Positions 20,224 to 30,914 of a stretch of 64,000 nt of DNA are shown here, piece by piece (the first letter of the stretch is position 1; each line of letters opens with the position of its first letter). A program made the position numbers and the translations under genes. The stretch is from assembly GCA_016716405.1 (NCBI GenBank), contig JADJWK010000001.1:678713-742712 (forward strand), given 5' to 3'. This DNA comes from Candidatus Melainabacteria bacterium. Lineage in GTDB: Bacteria; Cyanobacteriota; Vampirovibrionia; Obscuribacterales; Obscuribacteraceae. The notes under the pieces were generated by a model that saw only the letters and a program-made list of their open reading frames with translations, did not search any database and had not been told where the DNA came from.

Positions 20224-21045
20224 ATGATGCGCAAGTATTTGAGAAGGGTCCTGATGATGGTCCTGCCTGCCATTGTCGTGGCTCTTATGTCCGTGCCTAT
20301 GGCTAACGCCCAGGGACGCTTCGACAATTTCGGCAGCTTCCGTCGCATCGAGGCTGTCGAACCTGATACCGCTGCCGGTGAGGTGACTCGCTCGAACGAG
20401 TATCTCGGCGATACTCTTCTGCGTACCACGGTGCGTTACCAGAACGGTTCGGTGAGGATCCAGGAGTATCTTCCCGGCGGAGTAATCAGGGCGGAGGTGC
20501 TTACCGATTCCGGAGGCGCCTCCACCGTCAAGCTTTTCACCGCCGACGGCAAGGGTATTGCCCGGCTCACCAGGATCGAGAAAGGTCGAATCGAGCAGAC
20601 CGTTTACCGCAGTGACGGCAGAACTCTCTGGACCCGCAGCGTGATCACGCAGTCCGGATCCGGTCCGTCGCAGCGTCAGGTCGACTACTTCGACCCATCC
20701 GGTCGCCTGCGCGTGCACCGGGAATTCGATGCTTCCGGTGTGATGAACGTCACGGTCTACGATGGGCAGGGAACGGTCGCCTACAAGCAGCGATGGCTAT
20801 CCGGAGTGAGCGGCTATGTGCTGGTCATGGTGGAAGAGCCCCTGCCGGGCAAGCGATCACGCCGTCTTTACCTGACCGGAAGCCAGGTCGATCGGTGCGA
20901 GTATCTTCGCAGTGATGGCACCGTCTCTTCGACGGAGCCCGGCCTCAGCTCTCCGCTGGACCCTTCGCGCCTGAGTGAGTACGCGCCCGGCGACGACCCT
21001 TCCATCCCGGACGGCATCGAGCCCGACCGCAGAATCAGGCGCTAG
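20224..21045 (+). CDS. Secreted hypothetical protein
   Basis: ATG 20224 (MMRKYLRRVLMMVLPAIVVALMSVPMANA signal peptide) with AAGGGAG RBS. In a different frame from the overlapping track ORF 19972. Confidence 0.65.
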   Translation: MMRKYLRRVLMMVLPAIVVALMSVPMANAQGRFDNFGSFRRIEAVEPDTAAGEVTRSNEYLGDTLLRTTVRYQNGSVRIQEYLPGGVIRAEVLTDSGGASTVKLFTADGKGIARLTRIEKGRIEQTVYRSDGRTLWTRSVITQSGSGPSQRQVDYFDPSGRLRVHREFDASGVMNVTVYDGQGTVAYKQRWLSGVSGYVLVMVEEPLPGKRSRRLYLTGSQVDRCEYLRSDGTVSSTEPGLSSPLDPSRLSEYAPGDDPSIPDGIEPDRRIRR

Positions 21046-21056
21046 TTTCCGTCTTT

Positions 21057-21097
21057 GAGCTCCCCGGCGATCCAGCCACGACCCGGGGAGCTTTTAT
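21057..21097 (+). terminator. Rho-independent terminator after 20224..21045
   Basis: gagctccccgg…ccggggagc stem followed by ttttatctct. Confidence 0.7.
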
Positions 21098-21213
21098 CTC
21101 TGAAGAGAAATACGAAAACATATAGTAAAAAATATGACTGTGAGGTCAAAAATTCTCCGAGAATTTTGACGCTACAGTCATATTGGTCCGGCGTATGTCC
21201 AACATGGGCTCGC

Positions 21214-23403
<2,190 letters not shown>

Positions 23404-23493
23404 GAGCGTATTCTAACTAAATCTATTTAAGAAATCCCGAAAGATGTCAGGGGGCGCGGCTTTATATGTATAATCCTGACGAGGTCCGGGTTT

Positions 23494-24375
23494 ATGTTTG
23501 AGAATCGCAGCAAAATCTTTCTGGGAATCTGTCTGTCCCTGATCCTTGTCCTGTCGAGTGCGGCAGGCGCTCTGGCCGGACAGCCGGCGGTGGAGCCGCA
23601 GACCCTCGCTCTGATTCAAAAGCTCGCCAGCAAGCCTGAGCTCATGCATATAGGTTATCTCCAGTATCTCATCGGCCTGCCCGAAAACTGGCGCGCCCAG
23701 CGGGGGCTGTCGAAGAAGACTTATTTCTGGTACCAGGAGCCCCGCCGGCATGTGGCTTACCAGCTGGATCAGGCTGGTCCCCTGTCCGGAAGCGTCACCA
23801 CCTCGAATTTCACCATCAATGTCCCCAATTCCCGGATAACCTTCAAGGATGTGGAAAAGCTTTTCGGCACAGGACATCGCGAGACTTTCGATCATCGCGC
23901 TTATCCAACCAGGGTGATCGCCGTCTCGCCTACTACTCATATCGCTTTCGTCCAGCCTCACGACTCTTTCAGGGTCAACCGCATAGTGATCGGCTATCAG
24001 GGACCGCCCCTGCCTGCACCGTCCCGAGATGATCTGGAGCTCGCTTACAATTTCCGCAAAGCCGAGGCCCTGATGGCCTGCCAGAACGGACGGGGCGAGA
24101 CGGGGATTCCTTTCTTGCAGGCAGATCTGGCGAGGCAGCCCGATAATGCCAGGCTTCATCTCCATTTAGCCCAGGCATACAAGAGCCACCTGATGCTCAA
24201 CGAGGCTATCGAGTCTTACAATCAGGCCATGCGTCTTTCCGGTGGAGACCCGGCGGTGGTCGCCGCCTGCCAGGCCGGTCTCGTGGAGCTCAAGGTCCTG
24301 CCGGCTGGCACTGTCAAGAATCAGGGCAGAAAGAGCTATCTGGCTGGTCATCAGGCAGACGGTCTGGGCCTGTGA
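23494..24375 (+). CDS. Secreted TPR-like repeat protein
   Basis: Signal peptide MFENRSKIFLGICLSLILVLSSAAGALA. C-terminal TPR-like helices (…LHLHLAQAYKSHLMLNEAIESYNQAMRL…). Confidence 0.6.
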   Translation: MFENRSKIFLGICLSLILVLSSAAGALAGQPAVEPQTLALIQKLASKPELMHIGYLQYLIGLPENWRAQRGLSKKTYFWYQEPRRHVAYQLDQAGPLSGSVTTSNFTINVPNSRITFKDVEKLFGTGHRETFDHRAYPTRVIAVSPTTHIAFVQPHDSFRVNRIVIGYQGPPLPAPSRDDLELAYNFRKAEALMACQNGRGETGIPFLQADLARQPDNARLHLHLAQAYKSHLMLNEAIESYNQAMRLSGGDPAVVAACQAGLVELKVLPAGTVKNQGRKSYLAGHQADGLGL

Positions 24376-24501
24376 CTGTGTCGGGGCTGAAAAATGTTGA
24401 TATTGCCGGGTTTCCAGAGTTCTGTTCGAGATTAAATCCGCTTGACATTGACCGGGGCTGTGGTCTAATTGAGTACGTATTGTTCCCACAATGGTGACCT
24501 G

Positions 24502-24936
24502 ATGTCTGCACAAGGACAAGGCAGTATTTTCGAAGCCCCGATCAACGAGCAGTTCCGCACCAGCGATGCCGGGGCAGGAATTGGCGGCGATCGCAATCCT
24601 TTCACGGATATCCTGGATGACATCCAGAAGAATGGCCTCGACGAAGGTGTTCGCCAGTTGCGGGATGGCATGATCGCCATGGGTGGGGGAGAGGCTGCCG
24701 ACCCGGTCGGGCAGGGATTTCCTCCCGGGGATTCGGTCATGGATATGAAGGCCGCTGCCGAGAAGGGCGATGCCAATTTCGCTCAGGCCAATCAGGGCGA
24801 AGTCAGTAAAGACTCTCAATTCGCCAAGCTGGGAGCAGTCGGCGCTATGATGATGTCGGAGCTCTCGCCGGAGAATCAAGCCAAGCAGAGGCAGACAGAG
24901 TTGCACTGGGCGGAGCTCGAGAAGAACATCGCCTGA
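24502..24936 (+). CDS. Hypothetical protein (~144 aa)
   Basis: ORF 24469..24936 (TTG in track). ATG at 24502 (MSAQGQG…) preferred. A TTGACA-N17-CTAATT promoter-like element lies at ~24454. Confidence 0.45.
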   Translation: MSAQGQGSIFEAPINEQFRTSDAGAGIGGDRNPFTDILDDIQKNGLDEGVRQLRDGMIAMGGGEAADPVGQGFPPGDSVMDMKAAAEKGDANFAQANQGEVSKDSQFAKLGAVGAMMMSELSPENQAKQRQTELHWAELEKNIA

Positions 24937-25038
24937 CACAGATAGAAATTCAAATACGAGAAATCCGAGCCCCGGCTCGGATTTTTTTAGTTTTACAAGG
25001 CATAGGTAAATGCTGCGAAGTATGATTTCATTTCCTTT

Positions 25039-26076
25039 ATGACATACAGACCGACCGGAAAAAAGAAAGCCGTGTGGTCCGGGAAGAATGCCGTTCTCCT
25101 GATTCATGGCGGAGCCGGAGCGATCAATCCGGATAAGCTCGAAGGCAGAAAGGAGAAGCAGTGCCTGGACAAGCTCCGGCAGTCCCTGATAGCCGGCCAG
25201 AAGGTGCTCAGCTCCGGAGGCAGCAGTCTCGATGCCGTGGTGGCGGCGGTAAAGGTCCTCGAGGATTCCACCCTGTTCAATGCCGGGAAAGGCTCCTGTC
25301 TCACCCGCTCGGGCAAGGTCGAGATGGACGCGGCGATCATGGACGGCGCCACCGGGGCCAGTGGAGCCGTCACCGGGCTCAATTGCGTGCGTAATCCGAT
25401 TACGGCTGCCAGGGCTGTGATGGAGCACAGCAACCATGTTTTGTTTTGCGGCAGGGGGGCCAACTCATTTGCTCGCAAGACGGCTCGAAAGGCTGGCTTG
25501 AAAATCGTCGATCCCAGTTATTTCGTTACCCAGAAAAGCTGGCGGGATCTGGAGCGAATTCTCAAAGCCGAGAAAGAGGCTGCCCGCACCGGGATATCTG
25601 TGGACGCTCTGACCACCGGCGCCTCCCAGGGCGATGGAGCCTCGCCATGGTTCTGCGGCAGTCATAAATATGGCACCGTAGGCGCGGTGGGTCTGGATGA
25701 CAGAGGCAATCTCGCCGCTGCCACATCCACCGGGGGCACTACCGGAAAGGACCCCGGCAGAGTGGGGGACTCGCCTATAATCGGCGCCGGGACCTTCGCC
25801 GACAACGGCAGCTGTGCTGTGTCTGCCACCGGGCATGGCGAGTATTTCATGCGCTGTGTGGCCGCGCACCAGATCAGTGTGCTGATCAAGCATTGCGGCG
25901 GCGACGTAGCCGCCGCTGCCGAGAAGGTGATTTTCGATTCGGTCGGTCGTGCTGGTGGCTCTGGTGGTGTCATAGTGCTTGATTCTCTCGGCAATTTTGC
26001 CACTCCATTCAATACCAGGGGCATGTTCCGGGGGGTGCTCGGGAAAAATGGCGAGATTGAAGTCGCGATTTTTTGA
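25039..26076 (+). CDS. Isoaspartyl peptidase / L-asparaginase (Ntn-hydrolase, plant-type)
   Basis: HGGAG near the N-terminus. Autoproteolytic site GTVGAVGLD (Thr nucleophile). GAG…GGTTGKDPGRVGDSPIIGAG motif. Confidence 0.85.
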   Translation: MTYRPTGKKKAVWSGKNAVLLIHGGAGAINPDKLEGRKEKQCLDKLRQSLIAGQKVLSSGGSSLDAVVAAVKVLEDSTLFNAGKGSCLTRSGKVEMDAAIMDGATGASGAVTGLNCVRNPITAARAVMEHSNHVLFCGRGANSFARKTARKAGLKIVDPSYFVTQKSWRDLERILKAEKEAARTGISVDALTTGASQGDGASPWFCGSHKYGTVGAVGLDDRGNLAAATSTGGTTGKDPGRVGDSPIIGAGTFADNGSCAVSATGHGEYFMRCVAAHQISVLIKHCGGDVAAAAEKVIFDSVGRAGGSGGVIVLDSLGNFATPFNTRGMFRGVLGKNGEIEVAIF

Positions 26077-27211
26077 GATTGCCATTCTTGCCGGGTTTGC
26101 TTGCTTCCTGCGGGCTTTTCCCGCCGAGTCGAAAGAGGCGAGACCCTATCGCTCCCGGCATCTGGAGCAGGGTCTCTCTGCTCTCGACAGGAAGGACTAC
26201 CGGGAAGCCCTCAGACAGTTCCAGTTTGCCGCAGTCGACAATCCTCGCTCTGCCGTGGCGCATCTCGGGCGGGCCAGGGCCTATCATGCCCTGGGCAGGA
26301 AGAATCAGGCACTCGGGGAAGTGACCAGGGCGATCAAGCTTGATCCGAAATGCGCCGATGCCTATTTCTTGAGAGCAAAGCTCTATGAGTCCAGGAAAGA
26401 TCCGGGCCGAGTCGTGGAGGATGCCGGCCAGGCAATCCGGTACAATCCCGGGATGGTCGAGGCATACTGTCTGAGAGCCAAGGCTTATTATATGAGCAGC
26501 GAGATCGACTCCGGCAAGGACAATACCAGGGCCGGTATCAATGATTTGAAGACGGCCATCCGGCTCGACCCGAAATGCTCGGATGCTTACGAATATCTCG
26601 GGGTCTGGCAGTGCGCGCGCAAGGAATACAAGGAGGCCCTGAAAAGTTTCAATAAGGCTATCGAGCTCTCTCCGAAAGAAGACAAGCTTTATCACTACAG
26701 GAGCATGATTTACAGCGGTCTCAAGCAATACGACAAGGCTCTGGTGGACACGAGCCATTATCTCGAACTCAATCCGCACGATGGCAAGGCCTGGTTGATT
26801 CGGGGCAGTCTGTACGAGCAGATCGGGGACCGCAAGAAAGCCTATGACGACTACAGCAAGGCGATTGCGGTAGGAGGAGGCAGAGAGTTCAGGGCTTTCT
26901 TCCAGCGTGGCAAGCTGGCCATGAGGCTGGGCAAGTATCAGGTGGCGAGAGACGACTTCAACAAGATTATCCAGGCCAATGGCTTTGACGACGAAGCTTT
27001 CAAAGGTCGTGGTGATGCTTACATGGCTCTGGGCGACTATGCTCTGGCGGTCAGCGATTATAGCGAGGCAATTTCTCTGTGTCCGAATGTGCCGGCTTAT
27101 TACCAGGCACGCTCGCAAGCTTATCTCAGGGCAGGCAGGAAAGATCTGGCCGGCAAGGACGCTTCCAGGGCTGCCGAGCTCAAGGCCAAACCCGCAGTGG
27201 AAAAGATCTAG
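26048..27211 (+). CDS. TPR-repeat protein with signal peptide
   Basis: At least 8 tandem 34-aa TPR units (AxxxxxxAYxxxG pattern). Start chosen at ATG 26048 (MARLKSRFFEIAILAGFACF…). Confidence 0.7.
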   Translation: MARLKSRFFEIAILAGFACFLRAFPAESKEARPYRSRHLEQGLSALDRKDYREALRQFQFAAVDNPRSAVAHLGRARAYHALGRKNQALGEVTRAIKLDPKCADAYFLRAKLYESRKDPGRVVEDAGQAIRYNPGMVEAYCLRAKAYYMSSEIDSGKDNTRAGINDLKTAIRLDPKCSDAYEYLGVWQCARKEYKEALKSFNKAIELSPKEDKLYHYRSMIYSGLKQYDKALVDTSHYLELNPHDGKAWLIRGSLYEQIGDRKKAYDDYSKAIAVGGGREFRAFFQRGKLAMRLGKYQVARDDFNKIIQANGFDDEAFKGRGDAYMALGDYALAVSDYSEAISLCPNVPAYYQARSQAYLRAGRKDLAGKDASRAAELKAKPAVEKI

Positions 27212-27217
27212 AGCGCA

Positions 27218-27550
27218 TCAGGGCAAGAAACAGGACACCAGGTTGAAAGGCAGGTCCTTCGCGATTCGGGCGAGCCTGACCACATAGGGATACTGGCTGG
27301 AAGAACGAACATCCTGAACGATCCGGTCACGATCCGGGACACCTGCCACAGCCATGGAGGGAGAATTGTTTAATCGTCCTTTCATGAGCGAGCCGAAAAG
27401 ATAAGAGGTGTAAATACGAGCGGTTTTTGCCGAGACCATTTCAGCCGAGGTCAGGACGAGACGATGAAGCCACAACCAGACAACCATCGAAAGGGAATTT
27501 ACAGCCAGGATCGCCAGAAAGAGAAAGGCGAAAATGGATTCGATGATCAT
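27218..27550 (-). CDS. Small single-TM membrane protein, paralogue A (flanks the flotillin/CYTH cluster)
   Basis: 110 aa with an N-terminal TM helix then a conserved soluble part. Clear paralogue of 33295..33633 (VVWLWLHRLVLTS…YLFGSLMKGR…DRDRIVQDVRSSSQYPYV… vs VVWIWLHNLVLAS…YLFGDLMKGR…DRDKVVKTVRGSSQYRYI…). Confidence 0.6.
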   Translation of the reverse strand: MIIESIFAFLFLAILAVNSLSMVVWLWLHRLVLTSAEMVSAKTARIYTSYLFGSLMKGRLNNSPSMAVAGVPDRDRIVQDVRSSSQYPYVVRLARIAKDLPFNLVSCFLP

Positions 27551-27948
27551 GGTCGGGTCTCCGTAAGCATAAAGACATGGACGTGCCTGTGCTGAATCTG
27601 TTCCCCGAAATCTTTCTCGGGAAACTGTCCGGCCCGGGAAGTATTAGACGGTGCGCAAGGTGAGCTAGGGTTAAACTGTCAAATCTTTTCGTAATTGCAC
27701 GTAGATAAGCTGTGAGCCAGAGCTTCGATCATGAGGTGCTATTTCAAAGCGCACAAGCTCTTTCAGGTTTCTTGATCGAGATCATTCTCGGTTTGGTTAT
27801 CAAGAGGAAGTTCTGGTAGGCAGGAGTTATATCTCGTTCCTTAATTTCTGGTGCAAGCAACTGACTGACTAACCACCGACAACCCCTCTGCTCTTCTTCT
27901 CCAGCCGCCACGCTGGCGAAGATTTGCCCGGAAGCGAAGGAGAATCGC

Positions 27949-28461
27949 ATGTTCGTCTCACTCGAGCGTCCTCTTCCCGACAAGCATGTCAGCCTCATGG
28001 CTCGCAATCTCGCCGGCGAGGCGGACTACCAGCCCGGGCGCTTCCAGTTCGACTCGGAGCGCGCCAGGGTGCAGGCCGCTGTCAGCACGGTCAACCATGA
28101 CCTGGCTTTCCGCAGCCACAAGCTCTTCGGAATCGTCTTCAACCAGTTCGACTGGGCCGGCACCAGCGGCTGGGAGATCTGGAGCGACAATACCGTGCAC
28201 CTGCTGGTCTTCGCACTCGCCGTCGCCAGGCGACTCGACCAGCCTCTCAATGTGCATGCCGACCTCATGGAGCGGATTCTGGTGGCGGCATCTGTGAGCG
28301 GCATCAAGATCGACTTCGACTTCAGCAAGCCGCTTTCGGACTTGCATCCTGGCGACGAGACCGGGCATCTGGAGAAGGCTATCGGCAATGGCGAGTACTT
28401 CGCCATCACCGATGCGGTCTTCCCGGAGGAGGTCAGACAGCTCCTTGCGGCGCATGCCTGA
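27949..28461 (+). CDS. Hypothetical protein (170 aa), first gene of the island operon
   Basis: AAGGAG RBS 7 nt upstream of ATG. No recognisable motif. Confidence 0.55.
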   Translation: MFVSLERPLPDKHVSLMARNLAGEADYQPGRFQFDSERARVQAAVSTVNHDLAFRSHKLFGIVFNQFDWAGTSGWEIWSDNTVHLLVFALAVARRLDQPLNVHADLMERILVAASVSGIKIDFDFSKPLSDLHPGDETGHLEKAIGNGEYFAITDAVFPEEVRQLLAAHA

Positions 28462-28634
28462 AGGCCTCATTCATACATCATCCTGAACCTGCGCCAAAAG
28501 GCAGGGGAGGCCGGGTCGCCTGGCGGTCCGGTGCTGGTCGGCTCAAACGGGAGCCGACTGGGGAAACCTGATGGTTACCAGATTGCGCTGCTGTAGCAGC
28601 CGGTCTTTCGTTTAACTCAACCCGGGAAACTACC

Positions 28635-28901
28635 ATGAAAAACCCAAACGCAGTACCTGAAGAGCAGTTCGACGTCGAGGCTTTCGAGCGCGAGACCGGC
28701 TGGAGCTGGAACGACGCGGTGGACGAAGCCGCGACCGTTCAGCGCGAGAACCGGCTCTTCGGTGGTCGCCGCTATCGCAATCGCCGCCGCGAGAGCTTCG
28801 CCCGGCGCTTCAAGCGCCTCACCGGCTGGGCCTACGGCGACGCCCTGGACCTGGCTGCCGAGCTGCAGCGTGAGCGCCGCATCTTCGGATGCGTCGCCTG
28901 A
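28635..28901 (+). CDS. Small basic protein built from two ~25-aa tandem repeats (TGWxxxDAxDxAAxxQRExRxFG)
   Basis: ETGWSWNDAVDEAATVQRENRLFGG / RLTGWAYGDALDLAAELQRERRIFG with an Arg-rich spacer. Weak RBS. Confidence 0.45.
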   Translation: MKNPNAVPEEQFDVEAFERETGWSWNDAVDEAATVQRENRLFGGRRYRNRRRESFARRFKRLTGWAYGDALDLAAELQRERRIFGCVA

Positions 28902-28966
28902 CGCGTCACCGGGGCGCCGGTTTCAGAACCGGTGCCCCTCTACTTTTCTCTTGAGGAGATTCAGTC

Positions 28967-29515
28967 ATGATCAGAATCACGATGAGTCGAGACCGTGACG
29001 GAGAGCACTTCGACCAGGGCAGCCGGCAGGAGGCTCCCCTGGAGGCCCTGCGGGTCCTGGTGCAGGCGGAGCTCGGCTTCGGTGCCGAGATCACCGAGGC
29101 CAGCGGCTCCCGCCTGGTGGTCGTCACCAGAGTGCTCGCCTGTGTCGATACCACCATCTTCGAAGGGACCCCGGAGGAGATGGAGGCACTCAACCAGACC
29201 GCGTACTACTACCTGGCGGCCTGCCAGGAGCAGGACACGGTCATGGAAGGCGTTCTGGCCGACCTGGCCAGGCTCCCCAACAACGCCGGCGGCAACCCTC
29301 TCATCATCAGCATGGCAGCTCCCATGTTGATGGGACGCAACCGTCTGGCTCTCGCCAGCATGCGCGCCATGGGGATCGCCGACGAGCATGATGTCGCCGC
29401 CGGAATGCTCATGGGGCTCGGGGACCTGTTCAGCGCTTTCCAGCTGATGGAGGAGAACCCCGGAATGAGCCTGGCTGCGGTCAGCGCTGCGGTGTCACCA
29501 GCGGTGGCAGCCTGA
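28967..29515 (+). CDS. Hypothetical protein (182 aa)
   Basis: GAGGAG RBS. Ala/Met-rich C-terminal half. No motif recognised. Confidence 0.55.
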   Translation: MIRITMSRDRDGEHFDQGSRQEAPLEALRVLVQAELGFGAEITEASGSRLVVVTRVLACVDTTIFEGTPEEMEALNQTAYYYLAACQEQDTVMEGVLADLARLPNNAGGNPLIISMAAPMLMGRNRLALASMRAMGIADEHDVAAGMLMGLGDLFSAFQLMEENPGMSLAAVSAAVSPAVAA

Positions 29516-29579
29516 GAGGTTTTCGCGGGCGCGAGCCGGGACAAGCCGGCTCGCGCTCATTGCTCTAACGGAGGCACCA

Positions 29580-30296
29580 ATGTCTGAGCAGTTTGAAGTC
29601 GAGCGAAAGTACGCCCTCGGCAAAGGCGACCTGGCTCGGGTGAGGAAGCGTCTCACCGAGGAGGGCTTCGTCTTCGTGGGCACCAGGCACCAGCAGGATC
29701 ACTTCGTTCCCGGCACCCGCAAGCACGAGCTGCTTCGGGTGCGCAGGGAAGGCACGCAACATTTCGCTCTCACGTTCAAGGAGCGGATTGTCATCGATGG
29801 GGAGAAGACCCGCCGCGAAAGCGAGCCGGAGATTCATCCCATTGCCGCGCACCTGATTGTCGAGGCGGCATCCCGGGAGCTGCGCGCTCCTCTGCCGACT
29901 CTCTACAAGAAGCGTCGCGACTTCAAGCGCGCCTGGGGCGGCTTTGTCGCCCACGTAGTCCTGGATTACGTGCCAGAGCTCGGCGAGCTCTTCTCCAGCT
30001 ATTTCATGGAGGTGGAGATCATCGTCGAGGATGCCGGCGAAGTGGCTCGCGCCAAGAAGCTGGTCAAGAAGATCGCAGAGCGGCTGCTGGGCGAGAAGCG
30101 CAAGCGCAACAAGCTCAGCTACCGGCGCATGCTCTTCAAGACCCTGAAGGCGAGAAAGCGCTTCCCGAAGCGCTGGAGTCGCCTCACCGGCAAGAAGAAG
30201 GGACGTCTCGATCCTCGTGACACCGGTGCCATCGGTTTCAGCCCGACTGGCCAGAAGGTGAAGCAGTCGAAGAGGTCTCGCAAGAAGGCCGCCTGA
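29580..30296 (+). CDS. CYTH-domain protein (triphosphate tunnel metalloenzyme, CyaB/ThTPase-like) with poly-basic C-terminal tail
   Basis: N-terminal EXEXK signature FEVERKYAL. ~170-aa CYTH-sized core then a 60-aa K/R-rich tail (KRKRNKLSYRR…KKKGRL…KRSRKKAA). GGAGG RBS. Confidence 0.55.
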   Translation: MSEQFEVERKYALGKGDLARVRKRLTEEGFVFVGTRHQQDHFVPGTRKHELLRVRREGTQHFALTFKERIVIDGEKTRRESEPEIHPIAAHLIVEAASRELRAPLPTLYKKRRDFKRAWGGFVAHVVLDYVPELGELFSSYFMEVEIIVEDAGEVARAKKLVKKIAERLLGEKRKRNKLSYRRMLFKTLKARKRFPKRWSRLTGKKKGRLDPRDTGAIGFSPTGQKVKQSKRSRKKAA

Positions 30297-30386
30297 AAGG
30301 GCGTTTCGCGACGGTCCTACCCGCCTCCGGCTCGTTCCGGGGGCGGATAGCGGCCTGCGCGCAGAGCAACAAGAAGATCTGTCGCT

Positions 30387-30425
30387 TGGAGCATCCTTTG
30401 CGGTGCTCCATCCTTTCTTCTTTTC
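30387..30425 (+). terminator. Probable rho-independent terminator after the CYTH gene
   Basis: TGGAGCA…TGCTCCA stem followed by tcctttcttcttttc. Confidence 0.55.
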
Positions 30426-30914
30426 AATCTGGAGAGAAGGCGACTATAGCAGGTAGTAAAATGGCGCAATCATAAGGAGTGTATTTACGATTCGTGACCC
30501 AGCCTCTTTGCATATTTTCACAATGCCTCTCCAGTGAGGCTTGCAGGGTTTGCGCCAGGATCGACCAGGGACCTCTCGGACCTCGCCACATTGCCCGTGC
30601 TCCTTTCCGGGACCCCCTTCCCAGGATCGATGCTAGCTTCGCGAGGCAGCTGGCTGGGAGCCGATACCGCATTTCTTTACAACCGTGGAATCAGGTATCT
30701 ACCGTCCTTCTATAATCCAGGCTCTGATTCCACGCCTTCATCCGGAAGTCCGCCCAGCACCTTCGAACTACCCAGTTCCTGCAATTTGAGCATCTACCAC
30801 CGATGGATTGCCACCGGTAGGAAAGCTCGCGGGCGTGTGGAGCGTGCGAATCACTACTGCAGCGCGAGCGTTGGGCTCTCGCTGGACAGTACCCAGTCAA
30901 CTAGGTAAAGAACT

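Noticed and set aside
24166-25437. 423-aa minus-strand ORF
   Set aside because: Overlaps two plus-strand genes in antisense, one of them the well-supported isoaspartyl peptidase (GTVGAVG autoproteolytic motif). No RBS and no motif.
26009-27118. 369-aa minus-strand ORF
   Set aside because: Antisense to the TPR-repeat gene, whose 34-aa periodicity is unmistakable.
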